A DNA stretch of 64,000 nucleotides from a virus, in IMG/VR virus record IMGVR_UViG_3300045988_147821, positions 49,352-113,351 of that record. One strand, 5' to 3'. Numbering within the stretch: the stretch's first letter is position 1; every line of letters begins with the position of its first letter. The notes under the pieces were generated by a model. It had not been told where the DNA came from. It saw only the letters and a list, made by a program, of their open reading frames with translations, and made no database searches. The position numbers and the translations under genes are program-made. Below are positions 1 through 8,575 of the stretch, one piece after another.

Positions 1-2
1 GC

Positions 3-404
3 AAAAAGAGTGCACAGCATTACAAGCAATCGTTCTTCGCACACGAGCATTGTCATTCCCTGCAATGGCAGGAATGTATGTACACAGGCTTCCTGATTTC
101 ATTCATAATGTTTATTCTCGGACTGGGATTCGATACCATGATATACGGTTGCGTAATATCCGTAGTGTTATCCTATATTCTATACGGGTTGAACTATATA
201 GGAAACCTTGTTTATTTGCTCTGTAAGAAAGGATCAAGGGAGATACTGCATACTGCATACCGTATGCTGTCATTCGAGCGTGAAGCACGTTATTTTGAGT
301 TTACGGACGGTTCATGGGAACCCGACAGGAACAACATCGCTCCACATTTGAAAAGAAAACCTTTCGGATGGATAAAATTTATAGGGAGAAGTTTCAGAGA
401 TTGA
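3..404 (+). CDS. hypothetical protein with hydrophobic N-terminal half; possibly 5'-truncated by the window edge
   Basis: ORF track 78..404. The same frame has no stop from nt 3 to 78. Followed by the hairpin terminator at 590-621. Confidence 0.35.
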   Translation, partial: KKSAQHYKQSFFAHEHCHSLQWQECMYTGFLISFIMFILGLGFDTMIYGCVISVVLSYILYGLNYIGNLVYLLCKKGSREILHTAYRMLSFEREARYFEFTDGSWEPDRNNIAPHLKRKPFGWIKFIGRSFRD

Positions 405-589
405 AATTTAATCCCTATATTTGCTCCTGCACTTAAAAATTTGGGTTTTGTAACATAAGCATTTTAAACACTCTTCTTTTTGAAGAAGTTGAAGGTATTT
501 GATACTCGGTGTGTTGTGAAACAGAACGTCAGCCATTTTTCAGTTAGTTAAACTTATTAGTTATTAGAGGATCTGGATTGATCGAGAAT

Positions 590-632
590 GGTAAGGGGCT
601 TTCGGTAATTTCCCCCTTACCATTTCTTTTTC
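590..632 (+). terminator. hairpin terminator between convergent genes
   Basis: GGTAAGGGG (590-598) pairs with CCCCTTACC (613-621), followed by a T-rich run. Lies between the 3' ends of 3..404 (+) and 635..1309 (-). Confidence 0.6.
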
Positions 633-634
633 TC

Positions 635-1309
635 CTACATCCTGTAATCCGGCCCCTTCCCCCTTGGAAAGTATTTCATGTAAGGTTCTCCCCATACGAA
701 TATCGCCCTTTCCGTCTTGTTGAACCTTACAGGCTTTATCAGGGGTAATAGCCTGCTTCTTGCGACTTCTATCATGGCGCGTCTTTCATTGGTGTTCTCT
801 ATATTGGGGAATATGTCTATCAATACCGTATCGAAGAACCTCCCCTGTTGCGGCATGAGTTTCGTAAAGTCACCGAACAGGCTTCCCTTAATCATCCTTA
901 AGGGTACGGCAGAATCCTCAAAATAGGGTTCCATGAGTTTGATAAGGTTACGCTCTTCCTCCAGGACGGTCACGGAAGCCACTTCCGGCTCCTTTAGGAC
1001 ACTTTCAAGTGCCATCCCTAACCCTAGCCCCACAATAAGTATGTTTCCCCTTGCAGCCTTCAAAAACGGCTCATATCCGTGTTCACGGAACAGGGAATCG
1101 TCCATGATGTACCTGCTTCCTCCCATAAGCCTGCAATATGTTCCCGGCTTCTTCTTGAAATCCTTGTGTGGTATATCAAGGTTGAACATGTTTATATCGG
1201 TTGACGGGAACACCCGGAAACATTCTATCGTGAAATTCTTGAAGTTGGAATAGGAGGTTTCCAGCTTCTGTCCGTACACAAGACGGAATTTGTCAGCCAT
1301 CCTTCCCAT
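635..1309 (-). CDS. class I SAM-dependent methyltransferase fold (spermidine-synthase-like)
   Basis: 224 aa. Gly-rich loop ILIVGLGLGMALE, acidic strand end VTVLEEE, and DTVLIDIF motif. Confidence 0.55.
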   Translation of the reverse strand: MGRMADKFRLVYGQKLETSYSNFKNFTIECFRVFPSTDINMFNLDIPHKDFKKKPGTYCRLMGGSRYIMDDSLFREHGYEPFLKAARGNILIVGLGLGMALESVLKEPEVASVTVLEEERNLIKLMEPYFEDSAVPLRMIKGSLFGDFTKLMPQQGRFFDTVLIDIFPNIENTNERRAMIEVARSRLLPLIKPVRFNKTERAIFVWGEPYMKYFPRGKGPDYRM

Positions 1310-1313
1310 AATC

Positions 1314-1511
1314 CTACTTCATTATATCCACGTTCATACCATATCCCACGTCAACGGACTTGTCAATGCCGTTGTTCTCTAATTCATGCCTGTTTTTCTT
1401 TTCCTTAATGGTAAGAGTGCCTTTTTCATCCGTTACGGTAATTTCGTCAAGTTCCCCATTCCGATTGAAATTTGCGGTCACTTTGTTTCTTTCCGTTATC
1501 TGCTTATTCAT
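1314..1511 (-). CDS. hypothetical protein (65 aa)
   Basis: ORF directly upstream of 635..1309 with a 4-nt gap. Preceded by a -7 box. Confidence 0.45.
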   Translation of the reverse strand: MNKQITERNKVTANFNRNGELDEITVTDEKGTLTIKEKKNRHELENNGIDKSVDVGYGMNVDIMK

Positions 1512-1550
1512 GTGATTAAATTTTTGGTGAATACTGAATTTATATCATCG

Positions 1551-1558
1551 CAAAGGTA
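1551..1558 (-). promoter_or_regulatory. Bacteroidota-type -7 box TACCTTTG
   Basis: The minus strand reads TACCTTTG, which fits TAnnTTTG, 40 nt upstream of the ATG at 1511. Confidence 0.45.
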
Positions 1559-1661
1559 GACAATTTAAATTTTACTCCCACATTATTTAAATAAAATGTT
1601 ATCTGTATGTTAATTTAATGTTAAAACATGAAATTATTTTTGGATAATTAAAGTAACCAAT

Positions 1662-1669
1662 TAAATTTG
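1662..1669 (+). promoter_or_regulatory. Bacteroidota-type -7 box TAAATTTG
   Basis: Fits TAnnTTTG, 34 nt upstream of the ATG at 1703, in an AT-rich divergent intergenic region. Confidence 0.45.
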
Positions 1670-1702
1670 CAACATGAAAGTTGAAATAAAATTTAAATAA
1701 TA

Positions 1703-2167
1703 ATGGAAACAAGAATAACAATAGCGCAAATGGATGAAGCGTTGGAGAAATTCAAGCAGAAGATATCATCCGATTTCATAGTAGGAGGAAGTCTTGCCCT
1801 CTATCATCACGGATTCGAGTGCACTCCCGGTGACATTGACATGGAGATTGAAATCGGAGAGGGTGACGGGAACATAATTGAAACGCTGTCCGTGCTCAAT
1901 GAAACCTATTACGGCAACAATGATGCGAGCAGGTATCCTACAACGGAGCACCATTACAGATTCAGTTTCCACGGTGTCATATTTGACGTGTGGGCAGTAA
2001 ACAGGTTCAGTTATAAAGGATACATGCTATCCATTGACGGAACACGTTATGCGGACGTGATGAGCGTCCTAAGGGCGAAACGCAAGATAGGAAGAACAAA
2101 GGACGTCAATTCCATTGCCGATTACGCATCACAGATATTATCCCTGTTAAAGGAGGACAAGCAATGA
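1703..2167 (+). CDS. minimal nucleotidyltransferase-fold protein (MNT / Lnu-like)
   Basis: 154 aa. GGSLALYHHGFECTPGDIDMEIE fits the G-S-x(9-13)-D-x-D nucleotidyltransferase signature. Confidence 0.5.
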   Translation: METRITIAQMDEALEKFKQKISSDFIVGGSLALYHHGFECTPGDIDMEIEIGEGDGNIIETLSVLNETYYGNNDASRYPTTEHHYRFSFHGVIFDVWAVNRFSYKGYMLSIDGTRYADVMSVLRAKRKIGRTKDVNSIADYASQILSLLKEDKQ

Positions 2168-2337
2168 AACGTTTTCTGGCCACATTGTTCATATTGGCGG
2201 TATCGTTCATACTGATGTCTATCCTGTTCATGCCGGAAGAAATTCCTGATGTTGATAAAAACATAAAAGAGAATTTTGACTATTCAAATGATAATTGTAA
2301 CTTTGCCACCAAAACTTTAAACAATATTTTAAAATGA
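2164..2337 (+). CDS. small membrane protein (57 aa, below the ORF-track cutoff)
   Basis: My translation: MKRFLATLFILAVSFILMSILFMPEEIPDVDKNIKENFDYSNDNCNFATKTLNNILK. ATGA overlaps at both ends (2164 and 2334). Confidence 0.5.
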   Translation: MKRFLATLFILAVSFILMSILFMPEEIPDVDKNIKENFDYSNDNCNFATKTLNNILK

Positions 2338-2672
2338 ACAAGATAAAACAGCTATTGAGATGCCGGGGATTGAAGGCGAAGGATATGGCGGAAGCGTTGC
2401 AGCTTTCCGAAACAAGGATGAGCCAGATATCGAACGGTGCTTCCACAACGGAAGAAACGAAAAGACGGATATGTGAATGGATAGGGGAACCGTTATGGAT
2501 AGTGTTCCCGGAAGATTACCCCGACATGGCGGGGATGGTGGAGAAGGGAAATTGTGACAAGGTATCCATCACAAGTACGGGCAACAACCCCTATTTCTTT
2601 ACGGCTACGGCCAAGATAGACGGGAAGCCCGTATATCTGGAAGGTGTCGCCCATAAAGTTGAGAAGGCATGA
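2334..2672 (+). CDS. XRE-type helix-turn-helix DNA-binding protein
   Basis: The N-terminus KQLLRCRGLKAKDMAEALQLSETRMSQISNG fits the HTH_XRE pattern. Confidence 0.6.
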   Translation: MNKIKQLLRCRGLKAKDMAEALQLSETRMSQISNGASTTEETKRRICEWIGEPLWIVFPEDYPDMAGMVEKGNCDKVSITSTGNNPYFFTATAKIDGKPVYLEGVAHKVEKA

Positions 2673-2926
2673 TTGACATACGTGAATTGAGAATCGGTCA
2701 GACGGTAAGGTTTGACCAGGGCTTCGGAACGATAGAGGGTCTTAGAAGCACACGGTACATGGAGTGGGATACGGGTGACAAGACAGGTACGGTGACCGTC
2801 AGGGACGTATCGGGAGTGTATTACCTGTGTGATCTGGAGGAAATATCCATCCCCTCACGGGAAGAGATAGACGGATTCCTCAAAGTGGTGGACGACATAA
2901 GGAACGGTTTTTACGAAAATGAATGA
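2669..2926 (+). CDS. hypothetical protein (85 aa)
   Basis: ATGA overlap with the upstream gene. Confidence 0.5.
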   Translation: MIDIRELRIGQTVRFDQGFGTIEGLRSTRYMEWDTGDKTGTVTVRDVSGVYYLCDLEEISIPSREEIDGFLKVVDDIRNGFYENE

Positions 2927-3081
2927 CCGATATGGGAAACAGAAGAAGGATAAGACCGGGATATGTGAAAGTATGGGAGCAGAAAGCGAAAAAACGCGGA
3001 ACTGCAACCCTTACAAGCGATAACAGTAAGGACAAACTATTAAAACTATTTGGTGCCTATGGAAAAGGAATAGAGAAATGA
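2923..3081 (+). CDS. small basic protein (52 aa, below the ORF-track cutoff)
   Basis: My translation: MTDMGNRRRIRPGYVKVWEQKAKKRGTATLTSDNSKDKLLKLFGAYGKGIEK. ATGA overlap at 2923. Confidence 0.4.
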   Translation: MTDMGNRRRIRPGYVKVWEQKAKKRGTATLTSDNSKDKLLKLFGAYGKGIEK

Positions 3082-3237
3082 GAACGCGCGGTCCGATTCC
3101 GAATGAATCATTTTATAAACATAAAAACATAAAAAGTGATAATTATCAGGAACCGCAATATTTACGGAAACGGATTGTGTACGGGTGTGGACCGTATGGG
3201 TGGCACCCGTTTAAAACCTTAAAAACCGAATGATTAT

Positions 3238-3462
3238 ATGAGAACAATAAAGGAAACAACAAGGAAACTGCTTGAATTTTTCGAGATGGAAAAATTGACT
3301 GTAAAGGACATGCTAAGGGCATTGTACTTCTCCCTTTCACTCGTGAACATCGTCATAATGGGAGGAATAGGATCGTCATGGACACTCATGATCGCCCTTG
3401 CCGTATTCATACACGCCACATGGCAGTTCGTAAAGATAGGGAGGAACCTGCAAGATGAATGA
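3238..3462 (+). CDS. small membrane protein (74 aa)
   Basis: Hydrophobic stretch LSLVNIVIMGGIGSSWTLMIALAVFI. Overlaps the next ORF. Confidence 0.45.
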   Translation: MRTIKETTRKLLEFFEMEKLTVKDMLRALYFSLSLVNIVIMGGIGSSWTLMIALAVFIHATWQFVKIGRNLQDE

Positions 3463-3835
3463 GTTCGGAAAGATATGTACGGAGGTGAACACCCGTATAG
3501 TACAGGACACGGTGTGGTTCTCCTATTACAGGATAACGGACGATGATCCGTTCGGGATAGACAATTACGTCAACGAGTTTGTCGCACGCATAGGAAGGGA
3601 AAATGGAAGGAAGTTCAAGTTCCGTGTCCTCATGAACCGCAACACCCATGACAGGCTGAACGAAGCCTATTCAAGAAGGATACCCATGTTCGACCAGGGA
3701 CAAGAGGAACCCGTAAGGAAGGTGGATATCAGGATAATCATATCCATGACAGGTTCGGCAGTAACCGTAACGGAAAACATGGCACTCGAAGATGACATCA
3801 TAAGAATAGAAGCAACCAAAATACAGAAGATATGA
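3455..3835 (+). CDS. hypothetical protein (126 aa)
   Basis: Overlapping starts and stops with its neighbours. Confidence 0.5.
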   Translation: MNEFGKICTEVNTRIVQDTVWFSYYRITDDDPFGIDNYVNEFVARIGRENGRKFKFRVLMNRNTHDRLNEAYSRRIPMFDQGQEEPVRKVDIRIIISMTGSAVTVTENMALEDDIIRIEATKIQKI

Positions 3836-4242
3836 AAAAGCTGAAAACAGGAAAAGAAAGGATGTTCGCGATGGCAGACGCATTCACTGCATCCATCATG
3901 CTGGTATTGACCAAGGAATCACTCGTCTATATAGGGGATGAAAACCTGTACGTGTCGGAGGACGGAGAAGTGTCAAGACATGAGATAACGGGTGCCATGG
4001 CACTTGCAATGACAGAAGTGATGGACCAGATAGGGCTTGGCAACGGCAAGCGGCCCACAAAACTCAACGAACTCCTACACATCCTTACCGATACCGTCAT
4101 AGACATGATATCCGACAGGTGCGTGGAGATGGCAAGACAGGAAATGGGCGCGCTACCCAATGACAGGGAGAAGGAAGAATCCACGGAGAACAATATCGAA
4201 ATGCCCATGATATTCAACAACGACAACCAGAAACCCAACTGA
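3832..4242 (+). CDS. hypothetical protein (136 aa)
   Basis: ATGA overlap at 3832. Confidence 0.5.
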   Translation: MKKLKTGKERMFAMADAFTASIMLVLTKESLVYIGDENLYVSEDGEVSRHEITGAMALAMTEVMDQIGLGNGKRPTKLNELLHILTDTVIDMISDRCVEMARQEMGALPNDREKEESTENNIEMPMIFNNDNQKPN

Positions 4243-4255
4243 AAATAAACACACA

Positions 4256-4510
4256 ATGATAACGGTTATAATAAGAAACGACAGGTTCCGCATATTCATG
4301 ACGGACAATATCAACGAACAGCCGATAGAGTTCGTATCGAACAGTGAATCAAAATATGTCATGGGATTCACCAACCATAACAAACGGGTGCGGATATGGA
4401 AGATGGGAAGAAACACACCCTACGATCAGATGGTGAATCAAATGACGGATGATAATGTCGTGTTCGATGCACCCTACAACAATACCTGTATAATAGACAG
4501 GAGGGAATAA
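4256..4510 (+). CDS. hypothetical protein (84 aa)
   Basis: Last ORF of the plus-strand module. Two hairpin terminators follow. Confidence 0.5.
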   Translation: MITVIIRNDRFRIFMTDNINEQPIEFVSNSESKYVMGFTNHNKRVRIWKMGRNTPYDQMVNQMTDDNVVFDAPYNNTCIIDRRE

Positions 4511-4734
4511 ATTGCAAAAAACAGAAAGTGGTGAATGATTAGGAAAAGTGATATAGGAATAGGGAGGGGGCAACAGGATATGTTTTTTGTCCATTAATGT
4601 TTTTACCAAAAACCTATGCAAAAACAGGTAACGGTGTCCGTCACGGACGGTACGTTACCATTTCCCCAAACAGCAACAGGCAACTTGTAATAATTCTCCA
4701 TAATAAATGATTCTTTTTATAGTTTAGATTTGGA

Positions 4735-4776
4735 TGCAGGATATGTCGTGATGATATGATCCTGCATTGTTTTTGT
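4735..4776 (+). terminator. hairpin terminator
   Basis: TGCAGGAT (4735-4742) pairs with ATCCTGCA (4759-4766), followed by TTGTTTTTGT. Confidence 0.5.
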
Positions 4777-4780
4777 ATGT

Positions 4781-4815
4781 ATAACCGAAATAATGCCATT
4801 TCGGTTATTTTTATG
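4781..4815 (+). terminator. hairpin terminator (CCGAAAT hairpin family)
   Basis: Perfect 11-bp stem ATAACCGAAAT / ATTTCGGTTAT (4781-4791 / 4798-4808) with a 6-nt loop, then TTTTAT. Confidence 0.6.
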
Positions 4816-5835
4816 AAAAACACGTCCACGCTATCATGGGAACAATGATTGTGGCAAAAAGAATAGGGTGAGCATTACACCCACCCTATGATACGGAAAT
4901 CGAAAATAATAGTACCAAAATAACTACTGAAAGAAAATATGACTACCGCAAATATAGGACATCCATCCCATATATGCAACACCCGTGGGGTATATCGCCC
5001 GTTTCATTTCCCGGAAAAATTTTGGAATAGGAATGGTAAGCCAAAAGGTTTCGGCAGGAAGGAAGAGAGGACATCACCCATGGGGGTAAAATGCGGTTTT
5101 TGTTTTTCCGAAAAATTTTAAGGTCCAAAAAGGTATTTCGGGGAATATAGGGAGAGAGGGTGTTTGTTGCTAAGCACGACACCCCGACTTCCTCGTTTCA
5201 TAGTGTTTTGCTTCTCCAGGCATTACACCCGCATATACCCTATTTTAAGCCCTTACACACAAGGATCACCCGTTTTCCATACTGTTACCCATCCATTGCC
5301 ACATTGTTCCCGTAACATCATTAAAACGGCTCGTACCCTATGTGTGTCGCCCTATCGGGAATGCGGTTTTTGCGTGTCCTGTGGTAGGGTGTGCCTTTCC
5401 CGATTATCATATAGTAAATTATTATAACAGGGTCAAAAACAGGGGTGTTTTCATTAAGTTACTGATATTCAGACGATTAAGCCAAAAAATCGTTGCATCC
5501 GCCCTTATATGCAAATCGAAGCATTGATAGTAATAATATAGGACAAATCATTGTTTTGTGATGCGTGTGTACACGCGTGTGTGCTGCATATACGAATGTA
5601 TTGCAGCACGAAAGAATGTATATGTATATTAGGTACAATGTACAATGTACAAAAATCGAATATCAGTAACCAACTAGATTATATACACAATTAGGCGGTT
5701 TTACGCGTATATGCAGACCATACCAGGAACGGCAATAACATGGAATAATTGCCTGGTGATCGTGGAAAGGTGGGAATAGGATAAAAGGGGTAATTAGATG
5801 TTTTGGTTACTCCCAATGGCTTCCACGCTAGGCAA

Positions 5836-5915
5836 AAACCTATCAAAACCTATCAAAACCTATCAATTCCTATTTCAAAACCATTCAAAAAACAGCCCTC
5901 AAATCATTCAAAACC
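5836..5915. repeat. tandem 10-bp iteron-like array
   Basis: AAACCTATCA repeated three times exactly (5836-5865), followed by degenerate units (ATTCCTATTTCA, AAACCATTCA, AATCATTCA) at about 10-11 bp periodicity. Confidence 0.7.
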
Positions 5916-6215
5916 GTATATCTACTACTATTACTATTATTATAATCCCTATTAATGTTGTTGGAACGTTATTCTATCATTTCCGGTTTACCTGGTGATT
6001 TATTCTACTGATTGAATGTAATACAGTATATTATATTGTGTTTTCGCTATTATGCGGGTGAATTCCCTTGTGTTCCGTATTAGGGTGGTATATATGGGTG
6101 TATATAGATGTAGTTTCCCTGTGATAGTGATATACATGCGTCTTTTGTATGGTATGGTGGTATTATTGTATGAATGTCTTTTTATTCCTATTTTTATTTT
6201 TGGTAAGATTTTTTG

Positions 6216-6243
6216 CTAAAAACCGAAATAGTGTTATTTCGGT
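6216..6243 (-). terminator. hairpin terminator (CCGAAAT hairpin family)
   Basis: ACCGAAATA (6222-6230) pairs with TATTTCGGT (6235-6243). The minus strand continues with a T-run. Confidence 0.5.
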
Positions 6244-6291
6244 AAATTCATTCAAAATGTGTTTCACATGGTATTGTAGACGTGATTTTTG

Positions 6292-6343
6292 CACAAAAAT
6301 AACAGGTACAAGGTGTTTATGTTTGTCTATTCCTTGTACCTGT
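6292..6343 (-). terminator. hairpin terminator after the minus-strand accessory operon
   Basis: Perfect 12-bp stem ACAGGTACAAGG (6302-6313) / CCTTGTACCTGT (6332-6343). The minus strand continues TTATTTTTGTG. Confidence 0.55.
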
Positions 6344-6405
6344 TTTCAGATAGTTTTTATAAATCATTGTATCATGATTATATTATTGCTATTTTGATTG
6401 ATTGA

Positions 6406-6750
6406 TTAATAGGTGAGTTCCGCCAATACGTCCGTATTATATACGGGTAACTGTTTTGCGTATCGTGTACGCCCGTCTAGGGGTGTTTCCGTGATAGTTA
6501 GTTCTAGTAATTTGTATATTGGTGTATTCCAGATAGGTTTTTCTAGGGCTTCTATTTCTTTGTACCTGGGCGAATCTATATATATACCTTTTGGACCGTG
6601 GTAAAACTGTTTAAAAAACGGGTGATCTTTATGTCTGCATACCAAATGATAACTTATATGTTTATATGCTATATCCTTTACCGTTTTTGAGGCCGATTTA
6701 CAAATATATTGGCTACCTGTTTTGCTGTTTTTTACTGTTACTAGTATCAT
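6406..6750 (-). CDS. hypothetical protein (114 aa), accessory island
   Basis: Protein-like ORF. Last gene before the terminators at 6292-6343 and 6216-6243. Confidence 0.5.
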   Translation of the reverse strand: MILVTVKNSKTGSQYICKSASKTVKDIAYKHISYHLVCRHKDHPFFKQFYHGPKGIYIDSPRYKEIEALEKPIWNTPIYKLLELTITETPLDGRTRYAKQLPVYNTDVLAELTY

Positions 6751-6790
6751 AATGTTTTTTGTTTTAATATTAAACTATTTCGATATGTTT

Positions 6791-7018
6791 TTATTTTTGC
6801 GTCAATATATCTATTACCCTATCGATTTCCCGTTTTGCTTCTTTAATGGTCTTATGCGCATACTTTATATTTTTTGGAAATGTAGGGATATTAGGAAAAT
6901 TAATTAGATACATTTTCGTTTTATAGCCGCAAAAGCAATAATGTATTATATATCCTTTATAAATCATATCTTTTTGTTTTTTATGGATAATATATCGGTA
7001 TTGATTGATATCTTTCAA
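6791..7018 (-). CDS. hypothetical protein (75 aa), accessory island
   Basis: ORF in the same orientation as its neighbours. Confidence 0.4.
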   Translation of the reverse strand: MKDINQYRYIIHKKQKDMIYKGYIIHYCFCGYKTKMYLINFPNIPTFPKNIKYAHKTIKEAKREIDRVIDILTQK

Positions 7019-7039
7019 TAGAGGGCTTTATTTTGCCTT

Positions 7040-7342
7040 CTATTGGTGTTTTTGGATAGAGAATTGCACACCGTCAAGTATATATTTTGCGTGCTCTTTA
7101 GCCGCTTGCTGTTTTTCTTGTCTGGTGGGTGTTATTCCGTCATACTTGTACAATAGTTTGGCGGCTTCTCTGATTATACTTTTCATTGCGCTGCAATTTG
7201 CAAGGTATTCTATTGATGGCTGTATGCCCTTGTTTACCTTCTTAATTATGCAATTTTGCAGCCATGTTGTAATATCGTATATTTCCCGCGTATTGCGTAT
7301 ATACATTGCAAGTAAATTAGGTATGTCGTTTCTTGTTTCCAT
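7040..7342 (-). CDS. hypothetical protein (100 aa), accessory island
   Basis: Starts METRN. Its leader (7334-7365) resembles the leaders of cassettes B and C. The antisense ORF 7005..7412 is judged a shadow. Confidence 0.5.
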   Translation of the reverse strand: METRNDIPNLLAMYIRNTREIYDITTWLQNCIIKKVNKGIQPSIEYLANCSAMKSIIREAAKLLYKYDGITPTRQEKQQAAKEHAKYILDGVQFSIQKHQ

Positions 7343-7454
7343 AATGTTACGTTTTTTAATTGTTATTGTTTTGTTTCTGTTTTTCGATATAGTCGGTTAT
7401 CTGTATGGATAGGTACAAGCAACCTAATAATATTAATGTTTCAATCATAGCATG

Positions 7455-7609
7455 TATTTTTTAATTGTTCGTTAATCGTTTTTTTCAATCACATTGCAAA
7501 GGTAAGGATAAAAACCGAAATAACAACTATTTCGGGAAATTATTTTTGTTAATAAATGTTTAATGATAGGTAAAACGTTGAAATTGAGTGAGTTATGAAC
7601 TATCAAAAA
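7455..7609 (-). repeat. stem-loop + promoter cassette, copy A
   Basis: Near-identical to copies B and C (one T indel seen). Hairpin CCGAAATA / TATTTCGG at 7515-7522 / 7528-7535. -7 box TACCTTTG at 7497-7504 (minus strand). Confidence 0.8.
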
Positions 7610-7904
7610 CATTATTCAAAACGTATATACGCTCGTTTTTATGTAAATAATATAGGTAGTGATTATATTCCCATGTGCATTTAATTCGCCTTATGTTGAT
7701 GCTCTTATGATACTTATATCTAATATATCGCTCGTGCTGCATTATACACTGATTGACGGATGCAACGTATATTATTGGTATTCCGTGTTTTTTGCAATGG
7801 TTAAGTATAAGATTAATTTCTCGAGCGATTATTATGTACGGTGTAATGGTACGGGCATCTACTATATAGTAGGTATGCCCGTCTATATTGGTAGTCTGTA
7901 TCAT
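7593..7904 (-). CDS. hypothetical protein (103 aa), accessory island
   Basis: The ORF's 3' end runs into cassette A. Overlaps the upstream ORF by 4 nt. Confidence 0.45.
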   Translation of the reverse strand: MIQTTNIDGHTYYIVDARTITPYIIIAREINLILNHCKKHGIPIIYVASVNQCIMQHERYIRYKYHKSINIRRIKCTWEYNHYLYYLHKNERIYVLNNVFDSS

Positions 7905-8410
7905 TGCTCTAGATACCCGTTTTTTTGCAAAAATTCATTTAGATCAATTTCCGAATAATCTACAAAATTAGATTCCATTCTACTATTATTGCAGATCCAC
8001 CCGTATATAATGTTAAGCAAATCATTGTCTAGCCTATTATAGTTGACATATTGTTGTGCGGCTTCCATTATTATATCAAATTTCATTTCGGTATAATATT
8101 GTCCTAGATAACAATCAAAATCTAGTATATCACTATTTTTTATAAAGTCGCGCAAATCTTTTGCAGGCTCTCCAAAAATAAACGCGTTTTCACCGTTCCA
8201 GGATGTTTTTTCATGTACTATATTTTCCGGGTAATATTCTTTGAAATAAGATATTATAACCTTGTCTAAAAATGATCCACCGTAATCGGTGTACGCGAAA
8301 TTAAGGTATATATCACTATGTTTGTCTTTTGCTTCCTGTAATAAACTTTCAGAAGCCACGTATGTTTGTTTGCTTGAAAAATCTACTAGGTTGTTATTGT
8401 TCGTTCTCAT
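7901..8410 (-). CDS. hypothetical acidic protein (169 aa), accessory island
   Basis: Protein-like ORF with no motif I recognise. Confidence 0.5.
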   Translation of the reverse strand: MRTNNNNLVDFSSKQTYVASESLLQEAKDKHSDIYLNFAYTDYGGSFLDKVIISYFKEYYPENIVHEKTSWNGENAFIFGEPAKDLRDFIKNSDILDFDCYLGQYYTEMKFDIIMEAAQQYVNYNRLDNDLLNIIYGWICNNSRMESNFVDYSEIDLNEFLQKNGYLEQ

Positions 8411-8575
8411 ATCTTTAATTATTTTAAATTATTACTTTTGATTTTTCCACACTCTATAATCATTATCACTTTCAAAACACATATAACCGTCAAATACTTT
8501 GGCTACATGTGCGGGGGTAAACGGGCAAATTTTAATTGCCCGATACCTTGTTTCAACTTGCGCAAAAAAACGTTC

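Noticed and set aside
4939-5527. Track ORFs 4939..5121, 4943..5182, 5164..5427 and 5342..5527.
   Set aside because: They overlap one another on both strands, are Cys/Pro/Arg/Phe-rich, and show no promoter or coupling. They are treated as non-coding.
4511-6405. tRNA, tmRNA or rRNA genes in the ORF-free regions (also 17631-18261 and 51731-52402).
   Set aside because: I found no GTTCRAnnC-type T-loop with a matching acceptor stem on either strand by eye. This was not run through tRNAscan, so absence is provisional.
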